Below the pieces are notes generated by a model. The model worked only from the letters and a program-made list of their open reading frames with translations. It had not been told where the DNA came from and did no database searches. A stretch of 64,000 nucleotides of DNA. Source: Octopus sinensis (lineage: Eukaryota). The stretch spans positions 5,394,001-5,458,000 of the forward strand of contig NC_043017.1 in NCBI RefSeq assembly GCF_006345805.1, read 5' to 3'. Below, piece after piece: positions 23,070-35,599 of this stretch (positions are counted from its first letter, which is position 1; each line of letters begins with the position of its first letter). The translations under genes and the position numbers were made by a program.

Positions 23070-23612
23070 AGATCAAGCAAATACAATCATTCATCAACAG
23101 ATGCTTACGTAGAATACTTAAAATTAGATGGCCCCCAACAACATAAGCAATATGGAACTCTGGCAAAGAACAAATCAAGTTTCGATTTGGGAGCAAATAT
23201 TTAAGAAAAAGTGGATTGGTGGCACAATTAGAAAAGACACCAAATGTAGCGAAAAGTGTTTTACAGTGGAAACCGGATGGATATAGAATGAGAGGTAGGC
23301 CTAAGAACTCGTGGCGGAGATCAACACAAAAGGAACTAGAGAAAGGGGGACATTCATGGCAGGGTATAAGTACAGAAGCGAAAATTTATGCGTCATGGAA
23401 TTCCATTATAAGTGGCCTATACTCCACGGATGGGTATAGAAGGAGAGGTAGGCCTAAGAACTCGTGGCAGAGATCAACACAAAAGGAACTAGAGAAAGGG
23501 GGAGATTCGTGGCAGAGTATAAGTACAGAAGCCAAACATTATGTGACATGGAATCCAACTATAAGTGGCCTATACTCCGCGTTGGAGGGTTAAAGGCATT
23601 AAGAAAAGAAGA
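23070..23612 (+). pseudogene. RTE-clade LINE 3' end with an internal 153-bp tandem duplication
   Basis: FINRCLRRILKIRW..ELWQRTNQ..VAKSVLQWKPDGYR.RGRPKNSW.RSTQKELEK; block 23277-23429 repeated at 23430-23580. Confidence 0.85.
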
Positions 23613-24174
23613 TCCAGCTCTCAGCTGAGAATATTGTGAAAATTGTCCTTCCATTTTCATTAGGTTGATAAAGGCAGGAAGATTTAATTTATCTGGTGGT
23701 TTTAGAGAAAGTGTTTGTGTCCACAGGACCAGACTGAAAGGGATGAGGACAGAGTTACCTCTTGGGCCAAAAACTCAATTTTGTTTTTTTCGGGTTTCAC
23801 TTCAAAAGAAATATGAAAGTGGAGAGGAAAATGCTGGTTTCCAGAAAAATATGTTGAAACGTGGATGAGAGTGGAGACGATGGTTCGAGTGAGCGGACCT
23901 TCGCTGAGCACGTGCCTGTAAACTAGACAAGGCACTTGCTTCCGCGATCAGAGCAACCATGGTTTTCTGGGGTTTCTACGAGGGTCCCACACAGGTCACC
24001 TCTTTTGAGAATTATTCTTCGTTTCAATTTTATTTATTTATTTATTATTATTTTTACTTTGTTTACACACTTTTTAAGTAATTCCACCTTGTCTAGTCCC
24101 GTGAAGTTCTCGGTATTTTTAGTTAGGCCTTGTTCGTTAATAAAGAAAGGATTATAAAGGCAGCGGACTGGTCG

Positions 24175-24610
24175 AATCGTAGGCGCGTGGCTTTGTGGTA
24201 AGGACGTCGGATTCATCATCATTTGATTGCGGTTTCAATCCCTAGACCGGGCAACGCGTTGTGTTCTCGAGCAAATCACCTCATTTCAAGTTTACTCCAG
24301 CTGTCAAAACAGGAGTAATCCTGTGAGGGAGCGGCTTTCCGTCCAGGTGGGGGCTGGAATTTATACGTCCCAGAATCCGGAAAAACGGGTCTTTTATGAT
24401 ACCCAAGAAGAATCTTTATCTGTTTTATTAATACAAAACGCTTAGCTGTATGTTTTCCGGCTCTTTACGTTCCGAGTTCAAATCCCGCCGAGGTCAACTT
24501 TGCCCTATATCGCTTAAGGGGTCGACAAAATAAAGTACCCGTTGAGCACTGGGGTCGAGGCAAACGACTTACCGTCAACCTAAAATTACTGGCCTTGTGT
24601 CAGAGTTTGA
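24175..24610 (+). mobile_element. Degenerate family C SINE (24175-24380) followed by a degenerate family A SINE (24445-24610)
   Basis: GGTTTCAATCCC B-box with TGTGTTCTCGAGCAAATCAC core; GAGTTCAAATCCCGCCGAGGTCAACTTTGCC. Confidence 0.6.
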
Positions 24611-25673
24611 AAGAACTACTACTACTACTACTACTGCTACTTTTTTTAGTTTCTTTTTCTTTTTTTCCATTTGTGTGTGAGTGAATGCATGTGTGTGTGT
24701 GTGTGTGTATGTGTGAATGTATGCATGTGCGTGTGTGAATGTGTGCATAAATGTGTGCGTGCATGCATGCGTGCGCGTATAAACGTGTGTGCGTGTGTGT
24801 GCGCGCGCTTGTATCACTTCGTTAATTTCTGCGCGCGCAGCATCCAGTCCGTCAGTATGTATGTATATGTGTGTGTATGAGTCCGTGTATAAGTGCGTGT
24901 GTGTAAGTGTGTGCGTGTGTAAGTGTGTGCGTGTGTAAGTGTGTGCGTGCATGTTCCTTCTTGTGTTAACTTTCTTCCCATTTTAATATTTCCATTAAAA
25001 AGAGAAAACTGTAACAATTGCCGGTAGGTGAGAGGGCGGCGAGGAGGGGGGGGTTGACCTGGGGTGGGTGGTGGTGAGAGGTGGGTTAGAGGCGGTGGAG
25101 GACGTCAATCAAAAATCTCATTAGAATAAATGGTTTTAAAGACCCCCACCCACCCATCTCCGAAAAAAAGACATTCACCCCGAAAAGAAAAAGCGGTGAC
25201 AACAACGATGATGAAGTCGATGACGATGATGATGATGATGACGATGATGATGATGATGATGACGATGATGATGGCGGCTAAATAATTTTGGATGTAGAGT
25301 GTATTGAAAAATATAGAAATATATAATTGAAATTCACACACACATTTATATATACACGCACTCGGATAGATATATTTATGTACATACACAGATGCATAAA
25401 TCATTAGACAACACATATATACACACAGACGTGTATTTATACACAGGCGAATGTACGCATAGTTCACGCATTACTTACAAAACACGTATGTACATTCACT
25501 TATACACATATATGGACAGCAGTATATAGACAATACGGCTATGGACAGCCGTATATCTATCTACACCCAGCACAAACATCCCCCAATGCCGTAAAGAGAA
25601 AAAGGAGAGAAAATGTATTTGATTAAAAAAAAACTTCAGAGAAAAACACGAGGAAACAGCGGCGGAGAAAATG

Positions 25674-25714
<41 letters not shown>

Positions 25715-25927
25715 CATACACAGTCTAAAGAGAGAGATAGAATATATGTCTGTATATTTATATATAAGAATATCTAACTATAGATAGATAAGATAGACAA
25801 ACGGATAGATAGAATACCAAGCTAGATTTTTAGATCAACGGCTATAAAAGACAGAATTTGAGATATAAGCTCCACATAAAACAGTTTTGAAAATTAAATA
25901 TGAAACCGGTTAAGAGTATGTGCATGT

Positions 25928-26056
25928 ATAACCAACCACATGGTTCCGGGTTCAGTCCCACAGCGTGACATCTTGGGCAAGTGTCTTCTGCTATAGCCCC
26001 GGGCCGACCAATGCCTTGTGAGTGGATTTGGTAGACGGAAACTGAAAGAAGCCGTC

Positions 26057-26108
<52 letters not shown>

Positions 26109-26310
26109 TTTGTCCCCCTAGCATTGCTTGACAACCGATGCTGGTGTGTTTACGTCCCCGTAACTTAGCGGTTCGGCAAAAGAGACCGATAGAATAAGTA
26201 CTGGGCTTACAAAGAATAAATCCCGGGATCGATTTGCTCGACTAAAGGCGGTGCTCCAGCATGGCCGCAGTCAAATGACTGAAACAAGTAAAAGAGTAAA
26301 AAAAGAGTAT
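25928..26310 (+). mobile_element. SINE family B, near full length
   Basis: Head from ACCAACCACATGG, internal (TA)n(TG)n, tail GTAAAAGAGTA. Confidence 0.9.
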
Positions 26311-26406
26311 ATGTATATATATATATATTTTAAAGCTGAAATAAACCTTTGTTTTTTCTGTCCATTTTCAACTTCGTCACGTTTGGATAAATACCGTTTC
26401 GTCCAT

Positions 26407-26451
<45 letters not shown>

Positions 26452-27179
26452 GCATACATATTCATATATTTTAATACATATATACATATATATATATATG
26501 TATGTAGATATATTTTAATGTGTCTGTGTATTAAGAAAGTGACGAAATAAAAAAATTGTAGGCGGGAGAAAGGCGTGACGTATTCGCACTGATTAACCAA
26601 TCAAATGTCGTATTTATTTCTTTCACTCCAGCTGTTTAGTTTTTTTTTTTTCTTTTCTCGTCCAGCTTCTCTTTGAGTTAATGGTGTTGATATTGCAGTT
26701 ATGGTTGTTGTTGTCGGTGTTGTTGTTGTTATTGATGTTGTTGTTGTTGTTGTTGTTTGAGCTGATGGCGTTGTTTTGTTGTTGTTCTTATTTATTCATA
26801 GCTTAACTTTATTTCATTAAAACTCAACCACAAGCCTGGTCGTCATATTGCGTGGATGTTTGTGAGTGTATATATATATATATATGTGTGTGTGTGGTGT
26901 GTGTGTGTGAGTTAGTTTGTTTGACTCTCTGCGTGTGTGTGTGTATGAATTTTTTAAATCTTTTTTTTACTCGTTTCAATCTTGAGACTGCGGCCATTAT
27001 GGGGTACTACCGCCTGGGGTTTGGGTCGAACAAATCCACACACACACACACACACACACACTAACATACAGACACACACGCATCATAATTATGTGTGCAT
27101 ATACATCTACGTAAATATACATTTTTATATACCAGTGAGTGAACCACTATCCATCTGTCGTTATTTGTTAGTTATATAC

Positions 27180-27201
27180 ATACATACACACACACACACA
27201 C

Positions 27202-27240
<39 letters not shown>

Positions 27241-27690
27241 ATGCATGTGTGTATGTATATGTATGTACGTATATATGTATATATATGTATGGTTATATGT
27301 ATAATATATATGTATATATATATATATATGTATATATAATATATATACATGTATATATAATATATAATATATATATATATATATGTACGTATATATGTAT
27401 AATATATATGTATATATATAATATATATACATGTATATATAATATATATACATGTATATATAATATATATATGTATATATAATATATATAGTATATATAA
27501 TATATATAATATATATAGTATATATAATATATATATATATTATATATACATGTATATATATATATATTATATATACATGTATATTATATATACATATATA
27601 CGTACATATATATATATATATATTATATATAATGTATATATATATTATATATGTATATATATTATATATGTATATATATTATATATATAC

Positions 27691-27750
<60 letters not shown>
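27180..27750. repeat. TA-rich compound microsatellite with 21-bp higher-order units, ending in (TG)n
   Basis: ATATATATACATGTATATATA repeated around 27340-27480. Confidence 0.9.
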
Positions 27751-27754
<4 letters not shown>

Positions 27755-27849
27755 CTTGTGAGTTTTTAAGTTATTCTTGAGAAAGCTCAAACAACACTTT
27801 TGAGGTGAGTTCCTGGTGTTAATGAATATGAAGTTGAAATGGTGCATGT

Positions 27850-28200
27850 ACATAGATACCTTTCTACGTACGTACGCCTGTATGCATGTTTGTACGTACG
27901 TCTGTATGCATGTTTGTACGTACGTGCGAACGTACATACATCTGTATGCGTGTTTGTATGTACGTACGCATGTACGTCTGTATGCATGTTTGTAGTACGT
28001 ATGTCTGTACGTACGACTGTGTCTGTACGTATGTCTGTCTGTGTACGTACGTACATACGTCTGTCTGTCTGTACATACGTATGTCTGTCTGTACGTACGT
28101 AGGTATGTCTGTATGTAGATATGTATGTATGTATGCATATATGTAGATATGTATATCTGTGTACATACGTATGTACGCCTGTATGCATGTAGACATGTCT
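27850..28200. repeat. Tetranucleotide mosaic (TACG/TATG/TCTG) with a 24-bp higher-order unit
   Basis: TACGTACG(C/T)CTGTATGCATGTTTG repeated. Confidence 0.85.
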
Positions 28201-28342
28201 ATGTACGTAGAATTATGTATGCTTTTCTATACATGTCTGTTTGTCTAATTTCTGTCAATGTAATTCTTATCCCATCCAAGTCAATGTCGTTTAATCTAAT
28301 CAACAGAAAAATTTTATGAACCTTTTTTGCTTTTAAACTAAA

Positions 28343-28720
28343 CTAGCAGTACCGCCCGGCGTTGCTCGGGTTTGTTTCGACCCTTTAGAATTGGAATTTT
28401 TGAAAAGTAAAAATTTTGCATTATGTAGCTTGTTATTCTCTTCAAGTGAACATTTTTCTGGTTGAAATACACCGAAAAATGGCGACACAGCAGTCAAAAA
28501 ATCGTAGAAAATAGGGATTTTCATAGAAAAAAAAAAGCACATTTTTGATGTAAATAAATTTTGGTGTTAACATGGTCCGATTTGGAAGGAAGAGCAAGCC
28601 TTCTTCTATCATACTCTCAATTTTGGTCAACTTGCGCTGCAGGGTCTCGGAGGAGATAGTGTTCGTTGAAGGCTATCAAACCTGCCACACACGCACAGAC
28701 GTCAGCTTTATGTTTATAGA
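28343..28720 (-). mobile_element. Non-autonomous Helitron
   Basis: Minus strand A|TCTATAAAC...CCCGAGCAACGCCGGGCGGTACTGCTAG|T: 5' TC, subterminal hairpin, 3' CTAG, AT target. Confidence 0.85.
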
Positions 28721-28804
28721 TTTAATACATATAAATGTATGTGTTTTATATGTATGTGGATATATGCATGTATGTATGTACAAATATACTATGTATTTGT
28801 TTCC

Positions 28805-28848
<44 letters not shown>

Positions 28849-28864
28849 ATATTATACACACACA

Positions 28865-28922
<58 letters not shown>

Positions 28923-28959
28923 AATGAGGATGAAAAATTGATATTAATTTAATAATATA

Positions 28960-28980
28960 TACGTACATACATATATATAT

Positions 28981-29011
<31 letters not shown>

Positions 29012-29021
29012 CATACATACA

Positions 29022-29057
<36 letters not shown>

Positions 29058-29168
29058 TATACATACATACATACATACATATATATATATACATACATAT
29101 ATATATATACATACATATATATATATACATACATATATATATATACATACATATATATATATATATAC

Positions 29169-29248
<80 letters not shown>

Positions 29249-29293
29249 ACATACATATATATATATATATACATACATATATATATATACATA

Positions 29294-29334
<41 letters not shown>

Positions 29335-29489
29335 ACATAACATATATATATATACATACATATACATACATACATACATACATATATATATATACAATAC
29401 ATATATATATATATACATACATATATATAATACATACATATATACATATATACATACATACATACATATATACATACATACACACACAC

Positions 29490-29500
<11 letters not shown>
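28960..29500. repeat. Long (TACA)n/(TA)n array
   Basis: Direct reading; source of three 215-229-aa artefact ORFs. Confidence 0.95.
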
Positions 29501-29526
<26 letters not shown>

Positions 29527-30359
29527 CTGGTAAAGAGAAATGAGTGTATATTGGTACCAACAGGCAGAACAGAAGTGCTGAGTGCAACAACAACAACTAC
29601 AAAACACACCACTACATCGCTTTCACCACCACCACCACTGCTGCTGCTATCTTTACTGTAAACACCACACCACTACTACCACTACAACCACCGCCGCCGC
29701 CACCACCACAGCGACAACATCAACAATTATAGAACGGCATCGACGCTGGTACTGATAACAACAACAACAACACCAACAACAGAGAATAATGTTGTTTCCA
29801 GGCAGGTGAGTCCAGTGGAGATATGTGGAGTGGGGGTGGGGGGTGGGGTGGGGAAGGGGGCGGGAGGTGAGTTGATGGGGTGGGGAAAGGAAAATTCCAT
29901 TCCAGTCGATGGAGTAAGAATTCCATTATGATGCTTTATGGTAGTTCTGAGATGTGGTGGTGGTGGTGGTGGTGGTGTGAGAAGGAGTGGTTGGGGTGTG
30001 GGGGTGGGGGGAGAAGCCCCATGGAGAAATTACACGGACGCCGGACTGGGTTCGCTCCATATATGGAATCCGGGTTTTACCATTCCTCGACAAGAGTTTT
30101 CCATTGAAGTGTATTGAAGCAAACCAAGTCGAGCTTGGTTCAAACGGAACGAGGTAAAAGGGGGAAATGATAGCAGCGACAATTACCACCATGGGGCCGT
30201 CGAGTGTTTTCATACATAAATAGTATTGTTCTATGTTTGTTATTGTTGTAGTTGTTGTTGCTGTTGTTGTTGCTGTTTAACCCCCGGCCAGTCTTGCGTG
30301 GTCGACCTGGCGTTAATAGATAGGATCCATCGATTCAGCTGCATTCCAGTCGTGTCCTT

Positions 30360-30834
30360 TGTTATCGTTCATCTTTTATTTGTTTCGGTCATTGGAGTGC
30401 GGCCAGGCTGGGGCACACCACCTTCAGTTTTTAATAGAATGAATCGACCCTAGTTTGTTCTTTTTTTTTTTTTTTGATAAATTTTTTAAAGCCTAGTACT
30501 TATTATATCGGTCTCTTTTGCCGAACTGCTAAGTTACGGGGACGTAAACACACCAACACCGGTTGTCAAGTGGTAGTGGGGGACAAACACAAAGACACAC
30601 ACGAAGATGAACACACACACATTCTTTTACTCGTTTCAGTGATTTAACTGCAGCCATACTGGAGCACCTCAAAGTCGAAATCAACCCTAGAGCTTATTTT
30701 TTTGTAAGCCTAGTACTTATTCTATCGGTCTCTTTTGCCGAACAGCTAGATTACAGGGACGTAAACACACCAACATCGGTTGTCAAATGATGGTGGGGGC
30801 AAACAGACACATAAAAATATACATTATATATATA

Positions 30835-30877
<43 letters not shown>

Positions 30878-31210
30878 CATACACACACACGACGGGCTTC
30901 TTCCAGCTTCCGTCTTCCAAATCCACTTACAAAGCTTTGGTCGGCTCGTAGCTATAGTAAAAGACACTTGCCGAAGGTGCCCCGCAGTGGGACTGAACTC
31001 AGAACCATGTGGGTTGGTAAGCAAGCTACTTACCACACTACGCCTATAGAAGTTTTTTTTGATACTCTAATGCTTCTGCCAGCTCACTGATATATATAAT
31101 GTATGACAGGCTTCTTTTCAGTTTCCGCCGACCAAATCTACTTAGAAGTTTTTGGGTCGGCTTAAAGCTATAATAGCAGACAATCACCCAGGAATTCCAC
31201 TCAGTGGGAC
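30360..31210 (-). mobile_element. Cluster of family B SINEs (3' half 30360-30600, full 30625-31047, partial 31100-31210)
   Basis: Repeated AGCCTAGTACTTATT, CCGAAC.GCTA, TTTCAGTTTCCG and GTGGGACTGAAC blocks in reverse orientation. Confidence 0.85.
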
Positions 31211-31744
31211 TTACTCTCTGTTTCAAGCTTTCAACAAGATAGGAAAACGTCATATGACAGCAGCATCCAGAAATTTTTAAAATATAAGATTTGTGGAGAG
31301 TTAGGGCTTCGAACGAACAAACAAAGACTGATTGGCTGTACAGAGTAAGCAATCGACGAAGACAAACATTAAAAACCGTTAGGCCAAGACGCATTGTAAT
31401 GAGAGTAACGCCTGAGAGAAAGTTTGAAAGGATTTAGAATAAATAGATGAGGAAAAATGTCGGAAGGTGAGAGAAATGACGTCAAGCTACCTACATATAC
31501 GTGCGCAGTCCGATGAAAGGTAAGCAGGCTACAACCTCGAAATGTGTATTGTATGATACAAATATGAAAGCTTTTCGAACGCATAGTTGCTCTTAGAGCA
31601 GCAGAAATACTGGGTAAATTAGCGGAGTCTGAGGAATATGGGTTCGAGTCACATGGCTGGTTGTTGAAAAATTTGTCCGCTTTGTAAAGGTAATTAACCC
31701 AGTGTTTCTGGTATATTTGTATAGTATTATATATATATATGTAT

Positions 31745-32043
31745 ATGTATGTTTGTTCGAGCCATGCCTGGCTCATAAGGGCCGGTTTCCCGGTTTCCTT
31801 GGCGTATAGGTTCCCCACCTGGACGGGACGCCTGTCCATCGCAGGTGAGCTGCAAGATGCAGGAGGAAAGAGTGAGAGAACGTTGTGGCGAAAGAGTCAG
31901 CAGAAGTTCGCCTTTACCTTCTATCGGAGCTGTGTGGAGCTTAGGTGTTTCGCTCATAAACACACACATCACCCGGAGATTCGAACCCGCGATTCCTCAA
32001 CCGCAAGTCCGCTGCTCTAACCACAAGGCCATGTGCCTCCACA
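31745..32043 (-). mobile_element. tRNA-derived SINE family D, full length
   Basis: Reverse complement closely matches 59513-59816; A-box TGGCCTTGTGG, B-box GGTTCGAATCTCC. Confidence 0.9.
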
Positions 32044-32419
32044 GTATACACACACACACTTTTATACGTTTGCTATAACAAACAGACGAACCGCGTTGGT
32101 TTGTTTTTTTCTCTCTCTTAAGTGTCATAGTTGTTGTCGTCGGCAGACGGTAAATATCATGTCAAGAGGTTTAAGGAGATAAAAGAGGGCGGGAAAATAT
32201 CGGCCTGTTTTGATGACGCTGAGGTTGAGATTACATCTCAGGTTTATAAACAATCAGTGAATAGTAGGACAGTAGCAACAGATATTGGTGATCGTTATTA
32301 TTGGCACATAGGTATGGCGGATACCAACACAGCAACATACACACACACACACACACAAAGCTAAACACGCACTTAGACACTCACACACACGAAGATATAA
32401 ACATACATACATACATATA

Positions 32420-32652
32420 TATTTCTTTACTACCCACAAGGGGCTAAACATAGAGGGGGCAAACAAGGACAGACAAACGGATTAAGTCGATTACATCGAC
32501 CCCAATACGCGAAACTGGTACCTTATTTATCGACCCTGAAAGGATGAAAGGCAAAGTCGACCTCGGCGGAATTTGAACTCAGAACGTAGCGGCAGACGAA
32601 ATACCGCTAAGCATTTCGCCCGGCGTGCTAACAGTTCTGCCAGCTCGCCGCC
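32420..32652 (-). mobile_element. SINE family A, full length
   Basis: Complete head, body and A1 tail. Confidence 0.9.
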
Positions 32653-34292
32653 TTTTATTTCTGAGAGCTATCGTATTGGATCTCTGTCTAATCTGGCGTG
32701 CTAAACTTTGTTCTAATGACTCAGCATTAAGAACTGCAGCATGCTCTCAGCTGATCTTGGGAAAATCTCATCTCCCTCCTCTCTTCAGACTACATTTCCC
32801 GTGCTGCAGCATGTCTCTGTTGACCCTGAGAAAGTCTCATCTCCTTTCTCTGTCGAGACACTCACCTTTGTTTTCTACAATCGTCCTCGTTTTATACGTG
32901 TTTCTGGAGGCATTACGTATTTTCTTTGGTGGAATATTTTTTCAATATTGTAAACATAAAATTATGAACATAGAAAAAACTATACACTAATCTCTATTTT
33001 TGTAAGCAATTGTATATATATAGTATGTCCGTATTTTTGTATGCTGTGTAAATTTATGAAATATAAGCAAATGGACGAAATAGCACATGTATGGAACTGC
33101 TAATTTAACGGTAAATACCACAATGATTAATTACAGAGAGACAAAGAATTTTATATCTTACCTTGCAACTGCTGCGATAATTATCACCTGGTAATGGAAC
33201 AGAAAATATGTATTGTTTCCAAAGAAATGGATATAAAATTTCGTATTGACACAGGTCAATCCGAACTTCAGTCAGTCGTCCATTAAGTATAAAACACAAG
33301 CCACACACAACAAGGAGAAAGAGACGAAAATAAAATAACACGTGTTAAATTTTTTTTTCGAAAACCGTTCAATGACGTTAACTGGAGTTTAGGGTTCGAG
33401 TAGACGTCATTCCACCTTTTGATTTATCACCACCATTCTTTTCGTTCGATTTTATTTTTCCCTCACTTTTGTGTTTTTTCTATCCTTGTGTTGTTCCCTC
33501 TGTGTTTCGACCCTGTGTGGTTAGTAAAAAAAATGAAGTCGTAAGGTATGTATATGTATGTGTAGATGTGTGTGTGTTTAATAACGTACCGTATATACTA
33601 TGTCTGTACTTTTGTATGCAGTGAAAATTAAGGAAATACAAGCACGTGTACGGAAAGAGAAAGAATTTTATATTTTACCTTCCAACCTTGCAACTGCTGC
33701 GATAATTATCAACCGAAAGTGGAACAGTAAATATGTATTGTTTTAAAGGAAGTGAAAATAAAATTTCGTATTTACACTTCACGCATGTCAGTCGTCAGGT
33801 ACGCACGTGTAGATGTGTGAGTGTGGTTAATAACGTACCGTGTATAGTATGTCAGTATTTTTGTATGAAGTGTAAATTAATCCCCCCCCCCAATTACATG
33901 TTGACATTCCTGGAGTCTTATAGTATATACCATGTAAAATTTGATTTGATTCGGTTGAGCCGTTTGAGAATGCATTGGGAACAGACAGAGATACAAATGA
34001 TTTTATGTATGTATGTATGTATGTATGTATGTATGTATGTATGTATGTGTGTGTGTGTGTGTGTGTTGCTTATACTTGAGATTTCTCCAATCTGGCCAGC
34101 CCCAAGGAAAAGATAAGCTAAGTGCATTAGATTCCTTGGAAGAAAGTAGCGAATGTATACGAAAACAAGGACAGAGAAAACAGAAATGTTACACAAATAC
34201 AATAAAAATAATAATAACAGGACATAACAACAGGTGTCTTTCGACTAAGGACGAATTGAATTAAGCTGGCATGTGTGGAAATAAAGCCTTAC

Positions 34293-34435
34293 GGCAGGGA
34301 CATAAGATTTAACAACGGAGGAATATAGATGTTGCACGGAAGGTCAGGCCTGGCTGAACAACGGACACGTGGGGAGAAAAGAGAGAGAGGTAGAGGCAGA
34401 GAGATAGAAAAATTGTTAAATCTTATATCCCTGCC
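34293..34435. repeat. 143-bp unit with 23-bp inverted ends
   Basis: GGCAGGGACATAAGATTTAACAA (34293-34315) versus TTGTTAAATCTTATATCCCTGCC (34413-34435), 22/23 complementary; no TSD seen. Confidence 0.65.
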
Positions 34436-34439
34436 AGGA

Positions 34440-34900
34440 AGGTGACGAAGGGGAGGAGGGGAAGGACTTCCTGAAAAGTTCCGAGGAGGAAGAAGGGGAG
34501 GGAGGACTTCTCGGAAAGTTCTGAGGAGGGGGAAGGGGACGAAGGGAGGAAGGACTTCATGGAAATTTCCGAGGAGGGGGAGAAGAGGGAGAGCGGAGGA
34601 GGGGAGGAGGGGAGGAGGGGAAGGACTCCGAGGAAGGGGAGGAGGGGAAGGACTCCGAGGAAGGGGAGGAGACTTCAAGGAAACTCCGAGGATTTCCTGG
34701 GACGTTCCGAGGATGGGGACGAGCTTACCTGGAAAAGTCCTGCGACTCCGTGGAATGTTTCAAGGATGGGGACGAGATTACCTGGAAAAGTTCTGGGATG
34801 GAGAGGCGGGGGAGGATACTTCCTGTAAAAGCCCGAGGACCTCCTGGAAAATTCCGAAGATGGGGGAGGAGACTTCCCAGAAAGGTCATAGGACCTTTCA
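34440..34900. repeat. Purine-rich degenerate minisatellite, unit about 33 bp
   Basis: Consensus approximately GGAGGACTTCCTGGAAAAGTTCCGAGGATGGGG recurring about 10 times. Confidence 0.75.
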
Positions 34901-35074
34901 CCTCAGTTGATCCATGAACAACCTGTGCGACCGTTTTTGCTGCTAATATAGATTCAAGACTTTTGCTATTCGACGTCTAAACCAATTTCTTTGTTGTTAT
35001 TGATATAGTTTTTTTGCTGCCTTTTTTTCACGATCACAGTCAACAAAAGAAACGTAACAGGCCTTCTTGTAAAC

Positions 35075-35599
35075 CAGGGGTTCTCAACCATTTTTTTAAT
35101 CTATGGGCCCTTTAGATTCTTATTCTACTCAGGTGTACCCGCATAGCCACCCGATATTTAAAAATTCCTCTTATATCTTTATGATTACATATTATTGACA
35201 ATCGACAAGTCCCTTAACCCTCTGGGGTTCGTTGGGGCGCTGCAACCATACAGCGTATCTAGGGTGAGAAAACCCGACGGAGCGCATCCCTCTCCAGGCT
35301 AAGCTCATTTCTACAGCTGAGTGGGCTGAAGCAAGGTGAAGTGAAGTACTTACTGAAGAATACAACGCATCACCCGATCCAGGAATCGAAACCACAATCT
35401 TGCGATCATGAGTCCAACACCCTAACCACTAAGCCACGCGTTTCCACTAAATATTATTATACCATATTATTGTATAAAAAAAAATTATCAAAATATTTTG
35501 TATATTGCAGAAGTGTAAGCAATGTTTTGCCCATAAATTTTAACACAAGATCTTATATGGGCCCTCAAGGGCCATTTGGACCCCGGTTGAGAACCGCTG
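35075..35599. mobile_element. hAT (Charlie-like) MITE with a nested SINE
   Basis: TIRs CAGGGGTTCTCAACC / GGTTGAGAACCGCTG; perfect 8-bp TSD TTGTAAAC (35067-35074 and 35600-35607). Confidence 0.9.
35190..35448 (-). mobile_element. Family C SINE nested in the hAT MITE
   Basis: Minus strand TGGCTTAGTGGTTAGGGTGTTGGACTC head and TTCGATTCCTGG B-box. Confidence 0.8.

Noticed and set aside
28918-29612. Long ORFs of 215-229 aa (and similar ones at 12072-12842, 47010-47848, 27168-27780)
   Set aside because: These are translations of (TA)/(TG)/(TACA) arrays that lack stops by composition; no protein complexity.
29733-29804. Strong donor CAG|GTGAGT followed by G-runs
   Set aside because: The upstream sequence is low-complexity with no convincing acceptor or start; also unsupported are donors at 27805, 45013 and 54521.
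34690-34800. RGW-amide-like neuropeptide repeats (RGWGR)
   Set aside because: Units are not in one frame, there are no consistent dibasic sites, and no signal peptide is visible.
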